Below, piece by piece: positions 36,327 to 47,506 of a DNA stretch of 64,000 nt. How positions within the stretch are numbered: position 1 is the stretch's first letter; each line of letters begins with the position of its first letter. The position numbers were made by a program, and so were the translations under genes. The DNA is from Felis catus (taxonomy: Eukaryota), in assembly GCF_018350175.1 (NCBI RefSeq), contig NC_058368.1:236284001-236348000 (forward strand), in the 5' to 3' direction. Under the pieces are notes generated by a model, which was not told the origin of the DNA, did not search any database, and saw only the letters and a program-made list of their open reading frames with translations.

Positions 36327-38059
36327 ATTGTGCGTGCTGCGAAATAAAACAGATAGGTAATATTATCAGTGCTATGGAAATTAAATGTTTAGTAAAGAGA
36401 AGAAATAGAAGTATGAGACCAAACGTTAAGTCCCGTGATACAACATTTGAATTGGCAACATTCTTATGAATTCCTGTTCTTTACCTGAAGAAGTACCTGT
36501 CTTCTGGTTCTCTGGAAAAGTCCTCACATTATACCAAACAGGCAGCTGTGAGCAGAGGCACGGAACAGAACTTGATCGGGCAATGCTGCCCCAGGACAGT
36601 CGGCACGGATCCTTGGAAACCCTGCTGATTCCAGGTGGGGGGGAACTGGTTCACGAGATGAGGCAGGGGCATGTTTTGTAGGGGAACACAAGGAAGCTTG
36701 AAAGACGGACCGAGTTGTATCAGAAGGAGACAGGAGCCACGGGAAAGGGTTCCTTTTATTCAGAGATGGGATGATGTAGCACCACAGGGTGAGGCTGTAC
36801 TCACCTCTGCTCAGTTTTCTGGAAGACTCTCAGAAAGCTTTAGGCCTCTGCTCCTCTCTAAGAGTGCAGATGGACCAAAAACCTAAATTCACCTTTCACT
36901 GTTTCTGACTCCATCATACGGGCATTTTCCTTGTCTGTGTACTGAGCAGTTGTAATGGGTTTTTAGTTGCTAAGGCGTTGCCCACTCAGTCTGGTTGGAG
37001 AGGGAAAGGGGCGCGAATTTAAGAGCTCTCCAACTGTGAGTCCAGCCTCCCCCTGGTTCCACACAGGTGAGGGTCACACACATCTTCATTTCCAGCTCTG
37101 CCTCCGTGATGGTGGCCCTTCCTCAGCCCCCAGGGGGCCACAGGATGGCTGTTGGCCCCGCCAGCTCTCAGGATTCCAGCGAGAGCTGGTTGGGTCTCCT
37201 GGGGGAGGGAAGCCCAGAGTCAAAGGTGGGTACCCACCTGGACTCCCTCCCCTGTGCTCACAGTTGGGGGGCAGAGGTTCCCAGAGGTTGGGGAAGAGCT
37301 GTGGGGTTGGGGATGGGCTGTGCATGGCCGACCCGAGTTGACTGGCGGAGGGCTGATCGCACGGGGAAGTGACAGAACCCATGGAGGACAGCCTTTCACA
37401 TTCTTCTAGTCTCGTTTTCTCTGATGGAGAAATAATATATATTATTTTTAAATTACACTGAGAAGTTTTGAAATTGTAGGAAACCCCGCAATTCCTAAAA
37501 ACAATCACCATCACAAAAACGACCAAAATTCAGGGTCTTTTGACAAACTTGGGTTGAAAACGGCGTAGGGCCACAAGAGGAGGAAGGGAGAGCCCATGAA
37601 GCCCTTTCGCCGTGTGAATGACATTTGCTTCTAACAATTACAACTCCTCAATGGTTTGGATGCATATCGGGTCATTGCCTTTTTCTAAACTCAGCCGAAG
37701 TTAAATTTAAGTGAAATGACTCAAAGGAAAGAAATCTGGAATAGAGTAAGAATAAGAAAACTGGCTTCGACACCTGGATCTCCTTCTTTCTCTGTGTGTG
37801 TGGATCTCTCTCTCCCTCTCATATCTCTGCATTTTTGTCACTTTAAAGCTAATGAAATGCATGTACTTCCCTCTCATCTCCATGAGTCATGATAATGAAA
37901 TGATAACACTACACGTAAGCATCGTAATGTGTCTTAAAAAATAAGGATGTCTCAGCCACTCAAACTGACCGGAAGACCAAAAGCTACCTCTGTTCTTCTA
38001 GGCTTTATTCTAACATCCTGTCTCTGCACATGTCTACGCCACATCCATTTAGGCATTTT

Positions 38060-38240
38060 GGAGAAGAGCGTTAATTCAGACTTTTGTCAGGCGGGTTCTA
38101 TTCAAATTCCCATCTTGCCGCTTAGGAACTGTGTGAACGTGGGCACACCATCCTTGAATTCTTTGGGTTCCGTGTCTTATCTGTACAAGAGAGGAACCGA
38201 TATGTAGACTTAGGGTCTGTGCTCAGTAAGTGTTGCTCAG
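38060..38240 (+). mobile_element. MIR relic
   Basis: ttcaaattcccatcttgccgcttaggaactgtgtgaacgtgggca..tcttatctgtacaa. Confidence 0.65.
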
Positions 38241-38699
38241 ACTCTCTGAAAATAAAATTCCAGGTGAAATTACCTGAAAGGTGGTGAATGGAGGGAGTAG
38301 GATATAGTGAATAATTTATATAGCCGGATTTAGGAGTGGCCGAACTGAACTCCCATCAGGAGTTTTCAGCTGATTTCGGGAAGCGGATTGTAAATTGCTC
38401 CTCTGGACTCTTTTATTCTGGGTTCAGTAAGGAAACAAATGAACAATCTTAAGTGAGGAAAATGTGTATGCATGTATACATATATGAGCCACTTTGTTAA
38501 GATTTGTCAACCCCCTTTCAAAACACATTAAAAAACGATCCTACTTCTCCTTCGTGACCCTGGGGCCCTCCATTTCCTTGCTCCAATCTGGAATGTTTCT
38601 TCCCTGGACGCATTCCATGTGCCATCCTGGGATTCTGGGGTGGTCTCTGCCTCCCTCCCACACTGGGTCCCATTTCCTGAAACGTGGTTTTCCATTTTG

Positions 38700-39330
38700 T
38701 TGATTCACATACTTGTTCTTGTAGAGCACGTACTCCAGGTACCTTTTGCAGGAAGGCGTCTCAGTAAATGTAGATTACTGAGATTACTGAGATTACTGTA
38801 GATTACCCTTAAATACCTGAAGGTGTCTTTAATTTCCCTTCATCCTCCTTGTCTAGTGGAGCTGGAATTGTAGATAAGAAAGGACTTTTACTCAGATGTT
38901 TGCTCAGGCTCGTTCTTAGCCTGCCAAGATCATTGCTGATCGTGACTTCCACACCTGGAATGCTCTAGAATCTTCTCTTTGTTCTCAGAGTTCTGAGATG
39001 CCGTAACAATGGGTGTCTCTGGAGGGGTTTATATTTTGATTATTTATTGATTTGTCATTCTTTTTTTAATTTTTTTTTATTTCTCATTCTTTATACTGGG
39101 TGATCCACGGTCTTCATGTGGAATCTGGAACCATTCTGTGATTTCTTCGATTTTCTTATTTCTTATCCTCCATTTGTCTGTTTTGTCTTTGATTAGTCTG
39201 ATAGCGGAACTCATGGACTGATCTGCAGTTTTCTCATCCTTTTTGCTCCCAATTTTCTACCTCTTAGTCTTCTTCTTCTAACATATGAGTTTGTCAATTT
39301 TGTTTTCTCATCCGTTGAAAAAAATTCCAC
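38700..39330 (-). mobile_element. ancient L1 fragment (probable)
   Basis: T-rich degenerate sequence resembling antisense old-L1 ORF1/5' region. Confidence 0.4.
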
Positions 39331-40055
39331 ATACATATGTATAATTCATACGTTATACATCAACATACACATATTTGTAGATTATATATAATTCACAGAT
39401 ACACATATTTATACATTACATATATTAATTTCCCAGAGTATTCTCTTGTTTCTTACATGTTTACTTTCCCAGCATCCGGTTCTTGGTCAGTGGATGCAAG
39501 TCTCCCTGGGGCCGTTTTCTCCTCCCTGCCCTGGCCTCGTTCACCTCCTGCTCTTTCCATCTCTGTCTGTCCTGGTCTCTGGCTTCCTTCGAATGTCTGG
39601 TGCTTCCTGGGTCTCCATGCATCGTTGAGAGGCAAGTGAGAGAGTCTTTCCAGGCTCTGGATGGAGGAGAGTCTGTGGCCTTGTGGTTCTGTTTTGAGGT
39701 GGTGGAGGATGGATGGATGTGCTTCACCAGGACTATCCAGATGTCAACACCTATGTGTCTTTTCTCCTACCCCGACTCATTTCCTCAGATAGAAATCGTC
39801 AGTGTCTCTTGGGAAAGGAAAGCTGATCAGTCGGCAGTGGATGAACAGGAGTCCATGGATCCCCGTGGTCTGGGTTGCAGACTCCTGCTGAATCAGCTAT
39901 TGGGAACAGTTCTGACCTCCTGTTGCCTCTAGAACCATGACCCCAGGGAGCGCCCTCCTCTGTGCCGCCTGGGTGGAGAAGGGTGGTCCCTGATGTACAT
40001 GCATAGACAGGAGTCTAGAGGTGCTGATACTTCTGATAAAGGTGGGTTTGCCTTT

Positions 40056-40256
40056 GGGGCACCCGGGGGACTCGGTTGGTGGAGCATCTGACTTGAGTTT
40101 GGCTCAGGTCGTGATCTCACGGTTTGTAAGTTTGAGACCTGTGTCAGGCTCCAAGTAGACAGCATGCAGCCTGCTTGGGATGCTCTCTCTCCCTCTCTCT
40201 CTGCCCCTCCCCCACTAGGGCTTCGTGTCAAGATAAATAAATAAACTAAAAAAAAA
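40056..40256 (+). mobile_element. Can-SINE (older subfamily)
   Basis: ggggcacccgggggactcggttgg head, gcctgcttgggatgctctc, ataaataaataaac tail. Confidence 0.92.
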
Positions 40257-40799
40257 TGGGTCCACTTTTCAAGACCCTCTGCGCTCTGCCTTCAGTGGGG
40301 CCTGGTGCCTTGATCGCCTGCACCTACCAGGCTTCTAGAACTTGGCCATGATACCCCCCCACTACTGGGGGAGCTCTAATTCTGGTGCCCTGAAATCCAA
40401 ACCCAGGCATTACTTCTAACTGGGAAAATGATGCTGCATGATCTCTAAGCTTCAGTCAAAAAAGAGGATGCAACTTGAGCCCTGTTAGGAAAAAAACAAC
40501 CTCAGTGATGGAGCCCTGAGGGTGAGAAGTCCAAGGTCTCCATGTTGGGAGGAAGTCCCAACCACTGGGCGAGGTCAGGTACAGAGTCAGATTCAGACCT
40601 CCAGCCTTCAAGTCACCCTGAGGTTTTTGGGTCCTCCCAGCTCGGGCCCCAGACATCATGGAGCCGTGGCAAGTCTGCCCTGCTTGGATTCCTGCCCCTG
40701 TGGGGGTGGCCAGCCCATCAATAGGGACTAGAATACCACTCACCCTTGGATTCCCATTTCCAGTAATGTTTTCATGTTGTCTCCATCTTCTTGCATTTA

Positions 40800-41026
40800 T
40801 TCTTTTTTTTTCTTTTCTTTCGTTCTGTTTTTTTTTTTTTTTTTCAGAGAGAGACAGAGAGAGTGAGAGTGAGGGAGGAGCACAGGGAGAAGGAGAGAGA
40901 GAACTCCAAGCGGGCTCCGTGCATGGCACAGAGCCAGAGGCAGGGCTCGATCTCAAAACCATGCAGTCGTGACCTGAGCAGAAGTGAAGAGTTAGACGCT
41001 TAACCGACTGAACCCCCAGGTGCCTC
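40800..41026 (-). mobile_element. Can-SINE
   Basis: poly-T tail, (GA)n, ..acgcttaaccgactgaacccccaggtgcc. Confidence 0.93.
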
Positions 41027-42429
41027 TATCCTCTTTGTTTTATTAGTCCGTTCGTTCACATCCACACGCTCCCATTCTATTTGGTACTAATTCAACTTAG
41101 TATACATTTGATATATTCAGAATTATTTGTTGCGTGGAAGAAAAAGAAAGAGCATGTCCGCCATGGTGCCTGTAATAAAACCCTCAATCCAGATCTTACC
41201 CTATATGAAACAATACAGATTGGCAATTACAGTTTTTGTGTCAGTCAATAGTTGACTGAGGCTGAATCCCAACCCACCCACCCGTGAGCAAAGCCTTCGG
41301 GGAACTGCGAATTTATCCGGGTCTCTGGTCTTTATGATCTGATCCAGGATGAGCGCAACGCAGAAGAACCGTCCCCTCCATCCTTGTCCCAAGGCCCTCC
41401 TGCACCCTTGGGAAGGCGGCGGGCCCGTGCCAAAGCTGTGATGGGCTCCCTCCGCCGCCTGATTGATGAGGCCGGGGGCTGACTGACGTGGCTGAGCCAT
41501 CCGTATTCATTGTCAAGACTGACAGCAGGGAACACTTTGGACTCTGTTTGCTGTTCTGTGGTCTGTTTTACAAAGTGTGCACAGACCTGACCTCGCACCC
41601 AGGTATTAACTTACAAGCTGGGAGAACGTGGCCCGCGTTAAATGATGTCAAGTGTTTGATTCAAGTAATACATTACAAGGGATTTACGCCCTCTCCTAAA
41701 ATGCAAGCCAAGGGAGCCTCTTTTCCTGTGCCCTCGAGCTTCTCCCAGCACTGCGTTTAGTGAAAGAAAGAAAACGTAACGCGGGATCTCAATACCACAC
41801 ACGCGCGGTAGCAATAAATAGAGATGGACAGGTAAGCGTTCGAATTAGAAGGGCCGCATTTCAAAAAGGAATTCTGTCTGAGTAGCATTTTACTTAAACA
41901 CGTCTTGGTCTACAGGAATAAACTGTATACGTAACCGTTTTTACTGGAACGCAGAATGCTGTCTTTGGGGCGTAGTTTTCCTGATTACCCAGACTTTCTG
42001 TTAAGGTTACTTTCATACTTATATGCAAAATAAATTTGAACTCGTTAGGGAAGATGTCTTCCCAAGTATAAAAGTCATGCATTGTCTGCATAATTATAAA
42101 GCAGGTTCAGAGCCTTGTAATTGTTTTTTTTTTCCTTGAATTTTTCGTTCTTTCTTGATGAAGACAGTTCTGAGAACGTTCCTGAATGATCAATGCACTT
42201 TCTGAAACGAACCCCTCCTTCTTGTCCAAACCCCGAAAGTAAAGCCTTTAAAAATTGGAGCTCAAAAAGATCCTTTTTCTGTGTTGAAAGGAATGTAAAT
42301 TAGTCTCTAAGAATTTGCCAGGAAAACTTTGTGCGGACATTCATCTCACAATGATTTAGTTGATACTTTTGCTTCCCAGAAGCCCTTACGTTAAACTACT
42401 TGAATACACCCTAAAAATACAACATATGG

Positions 42430-43930
42430 GGTGATTCGCGAGCTGCCCTCTTTCCGGCTGCAGAGGTGCTGGTCTGTCAAAGAGGCGGGCCGGGCAGGGG
42501 GCAGGCCCCGAGCCGAGAGACCGCAGAGACCCTCCCTGCAGGCCCGGGCCATGCGGACAGCGTCCTGTAAATTCAGAATTCTCCCAGCGTGCGGACCCAG
42601 GGTGCTCTCTTTCTCTCCTTTCTCTCCAAATCAGGGGAGCTCCCGGGGACACCTGCAATCTCTTGACTCAAGGGCAAAGATGCAAACCTTCCTGACCTCG
42701 GAAAGAAAAGTATCTGCCGGCCTGCAAGAGAGGACATAACACGACTTGAAATAAGGCTTTCGGGGGGGACAACTGACGTGCGGTCTTAAATCTCCCCGAC
42801 CATTCGTTCAGCCCACGGTGCCGGGCTGGAGTCCTGCACAGCTGAACACACAAGGGGGGTGCAGGCCGGGGCCCCGTCCCCCCGCGTCCCCGCGATTTCC
42901 CCGGAGTGCCCGACGACGTGCCTTCGTGCGTCGGCCGCGCCAGAAGCCCAGGGCGCGTGTGGGGGGAGCGGCCACGTCTGGGGACACGGCGCCCGAATGT
43001 CTTCTCCCACGCAGCGCCGCGTCACCAGCGGCCCGCGTCTCCCCTGGGCTGTGTGAGCCTGTCCCCGGGGAGGCAAGCCGTCCAAGAGAGGTCTCGGTGC
43101 CCTGAAAGAACGGGATGAATCAACTGCTCTGTTCCTCCCTCTTTCGGCCGCCTTGGAGCTCAGGAGCCATCTGCCCTCACCAGTGACAACATGCTGCTTA
43201 TTCAAATGAGGCCCCTCAGCACAAAGGTGGCCTCAGTGGCCGGTGCAGCTTGCGTCCCCAGCAGGAGCCCCCACTTTGTTTAAGCTTTGAAACTCTCTAT
43301 CGGAGGCAGGAGAGAGTCGGAGTCGAGAGCACAAAGGGGACCCAGTGTCGCCTGATGCATGAGCCTTTCCCGCGGAATCCTAATGGCGCTGCGCTGAGAA
43401 TTGACACAGACCGTAGAGGAATTAACAAGAGACGGTTCTTTCATTCAGAGAACGCGGTGGCTTCACTCCTTGTGTGGCTCCGAGCGCCGGGCTTTGAAAG
43501 GGCCTTTCATGGCCCAGGAAGAAAACGCGGGTGCGGGAGGGGACATTTCCCAGGCCAGCCGCGTGTGCCTAGCAACTGGGCCACGACGCTCCCAGCGCCC
43601 GCGGCCCGGCCTTCCCGGGCCTCCTCCGCGGGCCGGCCTCATAGACAGCGGCGGCCGGTGTGGGTGCGGCCCCATAATGAGGCTGCTGTGGGCTTCGCTC
43701 TGCTGCGTGTCATTGAGCAATGGGTCACCCGCGCAGTTCAAAGTGCGAGCCACTGAAAAGAGGCACAGTCGCTTCATTAACGATTTGTAAACAGTCTCCA
43801 GACCCGCCAACACCTGCACCGGCCCTGGGCGGGGGGCCAGCGGGGTGGGGGGTGGGGGGGGTTCTCTGCCGCTCTGCCCGGGACCGCGGCCCCGCTGATG
43901 CCACAGAATCACCCCTGTCCCCGCGGGGAA
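42430..43930. other. CpG-island-like GC-rich region (orphan)
   Basis: about 11 CpG in 42901-42960 by hand count; dense CpG also at 43520-43670; no adjacent gene recognised. Confidence 0.7.
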
Positions 43931-44021
43931 CCTTCACACGCCTTCCCAACAGCCTCAGGCCCAGGAAATCGTGCCTTTTTGCTGTTGAGAGGGTTTTTCA
44001 AAAGACACGTGAGATCAGATT

Positions 44022-44249
44022 TGTATATATTCTAATTTTAGAGGGAGAGAGAGAGAGAGAGCACAGGCAGGAACAGATGAGGGGCAGAGAGAGACAGAGA
44101 GACAGAGACAGAGACAGAGAATCCCAAGCAGGCTCCACCCTGTCAGCACAGAGAGCCTGACGCAGGGCTCTATCCCATGACCCCAGGATCCTGACCTGAG
44201 CTGAAATCAAGATGCAGATGCTTAACCGACCGAGCCACCCAGGGGCCCT
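44022..44249 (-). mobile_element. Can-SINE
   Basis: (GA)/(GAGACA)n tract, gaatcccaagcaggctcc, ..cgagccacccaggggccc. Confidence 0.94.
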
Positions 44250-44261
44250 AGATCAGAGTTT

Positions 44262-44465
44262 TTAAAACGCATTTATTTATTCTGAGGGAGACAGAGAGAG
44301 TGAGCAGGTGAAGGACAGAGAGCGAAGGAGAGAGAGAATCCCAAGCAGGTGCCACTCTCACCGTGCAGAGCCCAACGCGGGACTCGATCTCACAACCCTT
44401 GAGATCATGACCTGAGCCGAAACCAAGAGTCGGAGACTTAAGCAACTGAGCCACCCAGGCGCCCC
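44262..44465 (-). mobile_element. Can-SINE
   Basis: tttatttatt tail, gaatcccaagcagg, ..actgagccacccaggcgcccc. Confidence 0.94.
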
Positions 44466-45854
44466 AGACTGGATTGCTTTAATGCCAATAGAAGTCACCC
44501 TTGTAATCACTGCAGCCAGTAGGAATTCACGTTTTCAAAGGCAGATGGCGGGATGCAGATAAAGGGGTGCAGAGGGCAGGGATGGTGTCTTCTGGGTGTT
44601 GGCGGCAGGGGCGCGCAGGGGGCTGGTTGTGCTGCGGGGACGCCGGCCACAGCCAGCCCCACCTCTCTGCCTCCTCCCCCGGGGTCCCGCCAGCTCCCTG
44701 TCGCTGCTGCAGCCAGCAGGCCGTGCCTGCCCAGACCTCTGGGTGCGTCCCATGTCAAGACAGGGCTGGCCCGGGATCTTGGGGTCTAGAAGATGCAACT
44801 CGCAAGCGGCCATTTTTCTGGCTGTGTGGCTGCTGTGTCATTTTGGTTACGATGTTCTTCAGAGGCTGTTGCGATAAGCACAGCTCCACTGACCTGTCCC
44901 CAAAGGCTTGGTCTTTCCCTTGTCATTCCTTGGAGACACAGAGTTCCTAAGACTTTATTATCTCTGGGACCTAACGGTGCAGAGAGGGGAGTGGCCGCTC
45001 TGTGGTTCCTGGAAGCCCTGATTATCTAGAAGGTCATCCAGGAGACCACACAAGCCCACCATTCCTGAGCCCGTGGCTCTGAAGGGGCAGGGAGGCTGGG
45101 GACACAGAGTGGGGCAGGAAGAGAGTCGGGAGGGGAGGACGGGGTTGTGGTGGAAGGAGATGCAGGGGAGGCGGGCCTTGGGGTAGACGAGTGGGGCTCT
45201 AAGGGCGTGGGTGTGTTTGTCCCAGGGACACCCCCTCCCTGCACAGATGGGTCACCACACTTCCCCAGGGACAGAAGGAAGGAAGGTGCGAGCCAGGCCA
45301 GCCTCTGTTTCCCTCCCTCCACAGCCCCACCCCTGCACCAGACCTGCCAGCCACCAGGTGTGGCTGCTTCGTTCGGTCCTCCCCCTCCTTCCTGCGTGTC
45401 CTCCTCAGCCTCAGCCGCTCCTCCCAGGCTCTTGTTCCAAGGGCAGCGCCCAATTGAACTTCCCCATTGTACCTCGTAACGGGCACAGGCGGCTGCTGTG
45501 GGACATTGGTGGTCGGTGCCTGGTCCCCTGTCCCCCTGCACTGTCTCCATTCAAGCCTCAGCATCCCCTTCTGGAGACACGTGGATGACCACGGCACCTG
45601 TAGCTCCCCCTCCCTTCCCAGTGCAGACTCCGGCGGGAGACATCTTGGGGAGCACGGTGTCTAGGTCTCCTGGCCTGTCCGCTCTTAGAGCACCTGGTCT
45701 CGCACACCTCCTGGGCGACGTGATCACAGAATAACTGCCCACCTCTTTGAAGACGTCCTTGGTACCGATCATCTCTTCTGTGCTCTGCTTGACCACAGCA
45801 TGTCTGTTGAGACTCCTTTCCAAGGCATATTAATTCAGTCATGATTCATCCATC

Positions 45855-45857
<3 letters not shown>

Positions 45858-45888
<31 letters not shown>
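45858..45888. repeat. (TG)n microsatellite
   Basis: about 15 units. Confidence 0.97.
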
Positions 45889-45890
<2 letters not shown>

Positions 45891-47424
45891 GGGGATGTTT
45901 AGACTTCCAATAATGTTGAGGCTACACTTACTATGATTTACTTGGAAGTAATTATGCATATTGGTGGCTTGAGTTTGATACAGATACCATCTTAACACCT
46001 TAGATATTTAAAATATCCTCCACGCAATGTTGTCTCAATGAATGTTCTTTACCGCAGTGTCTGGAGATACGGTGCTCGGCAGGCACCTGTAACCGCGATC
46101 TGATTTATGGTGTGAAATAACACCTGACATTTATGAAACTCTTGCCCTGTGCCAGACACCCTGGTAAGTGCCTTCCATCACGAGCTCATCTTTCCCAAAC
46201 CTTGCAGAACCACGCCCCCTATGCTGCTTGGAGGGTAGAGTGAGTGCTGGGGCCGGGCTCGCAGAGGGTCCGCCTGGGGATGCCGGGAGCTCTAAGTCCC
46301 CCTTCGCTATGGGGCAGGATGTAGGTGGCTGTCGGTCATCTGACTCCCTGAACACTGTTGTCCCGGACCCCATCCCTTTCCCGAGATCATGCCCTCAACA
46401 GGCAGCGGCGGAGTGGAGTGTATGGGGTCGTGCAGGCAGGGACCCCCAGGCTATGACAGACACGGCATCCCAAGTCGGCCCTCATCCGAGGCTGTGAAGG
46501 CTGGAGGGAAGAGCAAGGGAAGGTACAGCCCGGAAACCGGTCCAGAAGGCGTCACACTGAACCAGATCTCTAGGGGACTTCTCACTGTGTCATTCATTCG
46601 TTTTGTCATTTGCTCATTCATTCATCTTTTTATAGGGTGCGATGCCCTGAGCCAAGCACGATAGACACGAACACCGGTTAGTCGAATACCTGGCCCTTTG
46701 AGGACACACGGTTTAGTTGTGTGTTGGAAAATTCTTCTCAAGCTTGCAAAGCTGGGATACTCTGGGGTGAAGGGGCTTGCAACAAGCTAGAAAGTTGTCT
46801 GAGCTGTGAGTTCTTCACAAGTGACTTTGCTTCCTTGTCCTGCCTCTTCATCAGCAGTTCTGGGGGCCACGATACGGGGCAACCGTATGGCGCTGGCCAT
46901 ATCATCTGCCGGCACAGAGGCAAGAACAGAGCACACCCTGAGAGCAGGTGTAGAATCAACTGACCCTTCGGAGCCGTGGTCTACTCTTGACCGAATATGA
47001 ACCTGCCTGCTAATCCCAACTCCACGGAAACAGGACGTGACAAGGGCACACGGCTGCTCCCCATTTGCTCGATCCTTGTCTCTCATAAGCACACACTTCC
47101 TCGCTTCTGCCCTCCTGCTCTCCTCTCTTCCGCCCTCAGCTCTCTGCCCATGTCCACAGCCTCAGCCATCCAGGAAATCTCACACCCTGCATCGCCCCTG
47201 CACACTCAGAGTGAGCACCGAGGCCCGGGTGATGTTCTTAGAAGGTTGGGTAATAGCTTCAGTGTGTTTTAACATTTCTGGAGACAGAAGGTGATACGGG
47301 ATGCTTTAAAAAGCATGGAGTATTGGTTGCCTGAGTCTCTGTGGTTGGACCACATGACTAAGCTGGGCCGGCACTGCCATTCACAGCTCGTTGGGACCCA
47401 TCAAGCCTTATAGCTTTGCCAGCA

Positions 47425-47451
47425 TGTGTGTGTGTGTGTGTGCGCGCGCTC

Positions 47452-47506
<55 letters not shown>
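47425..47506. repeat. compound (TG)n(CG)n(TG)n(AG)n microsatellite
   Basis: direct reading. Confidence 0.97.
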
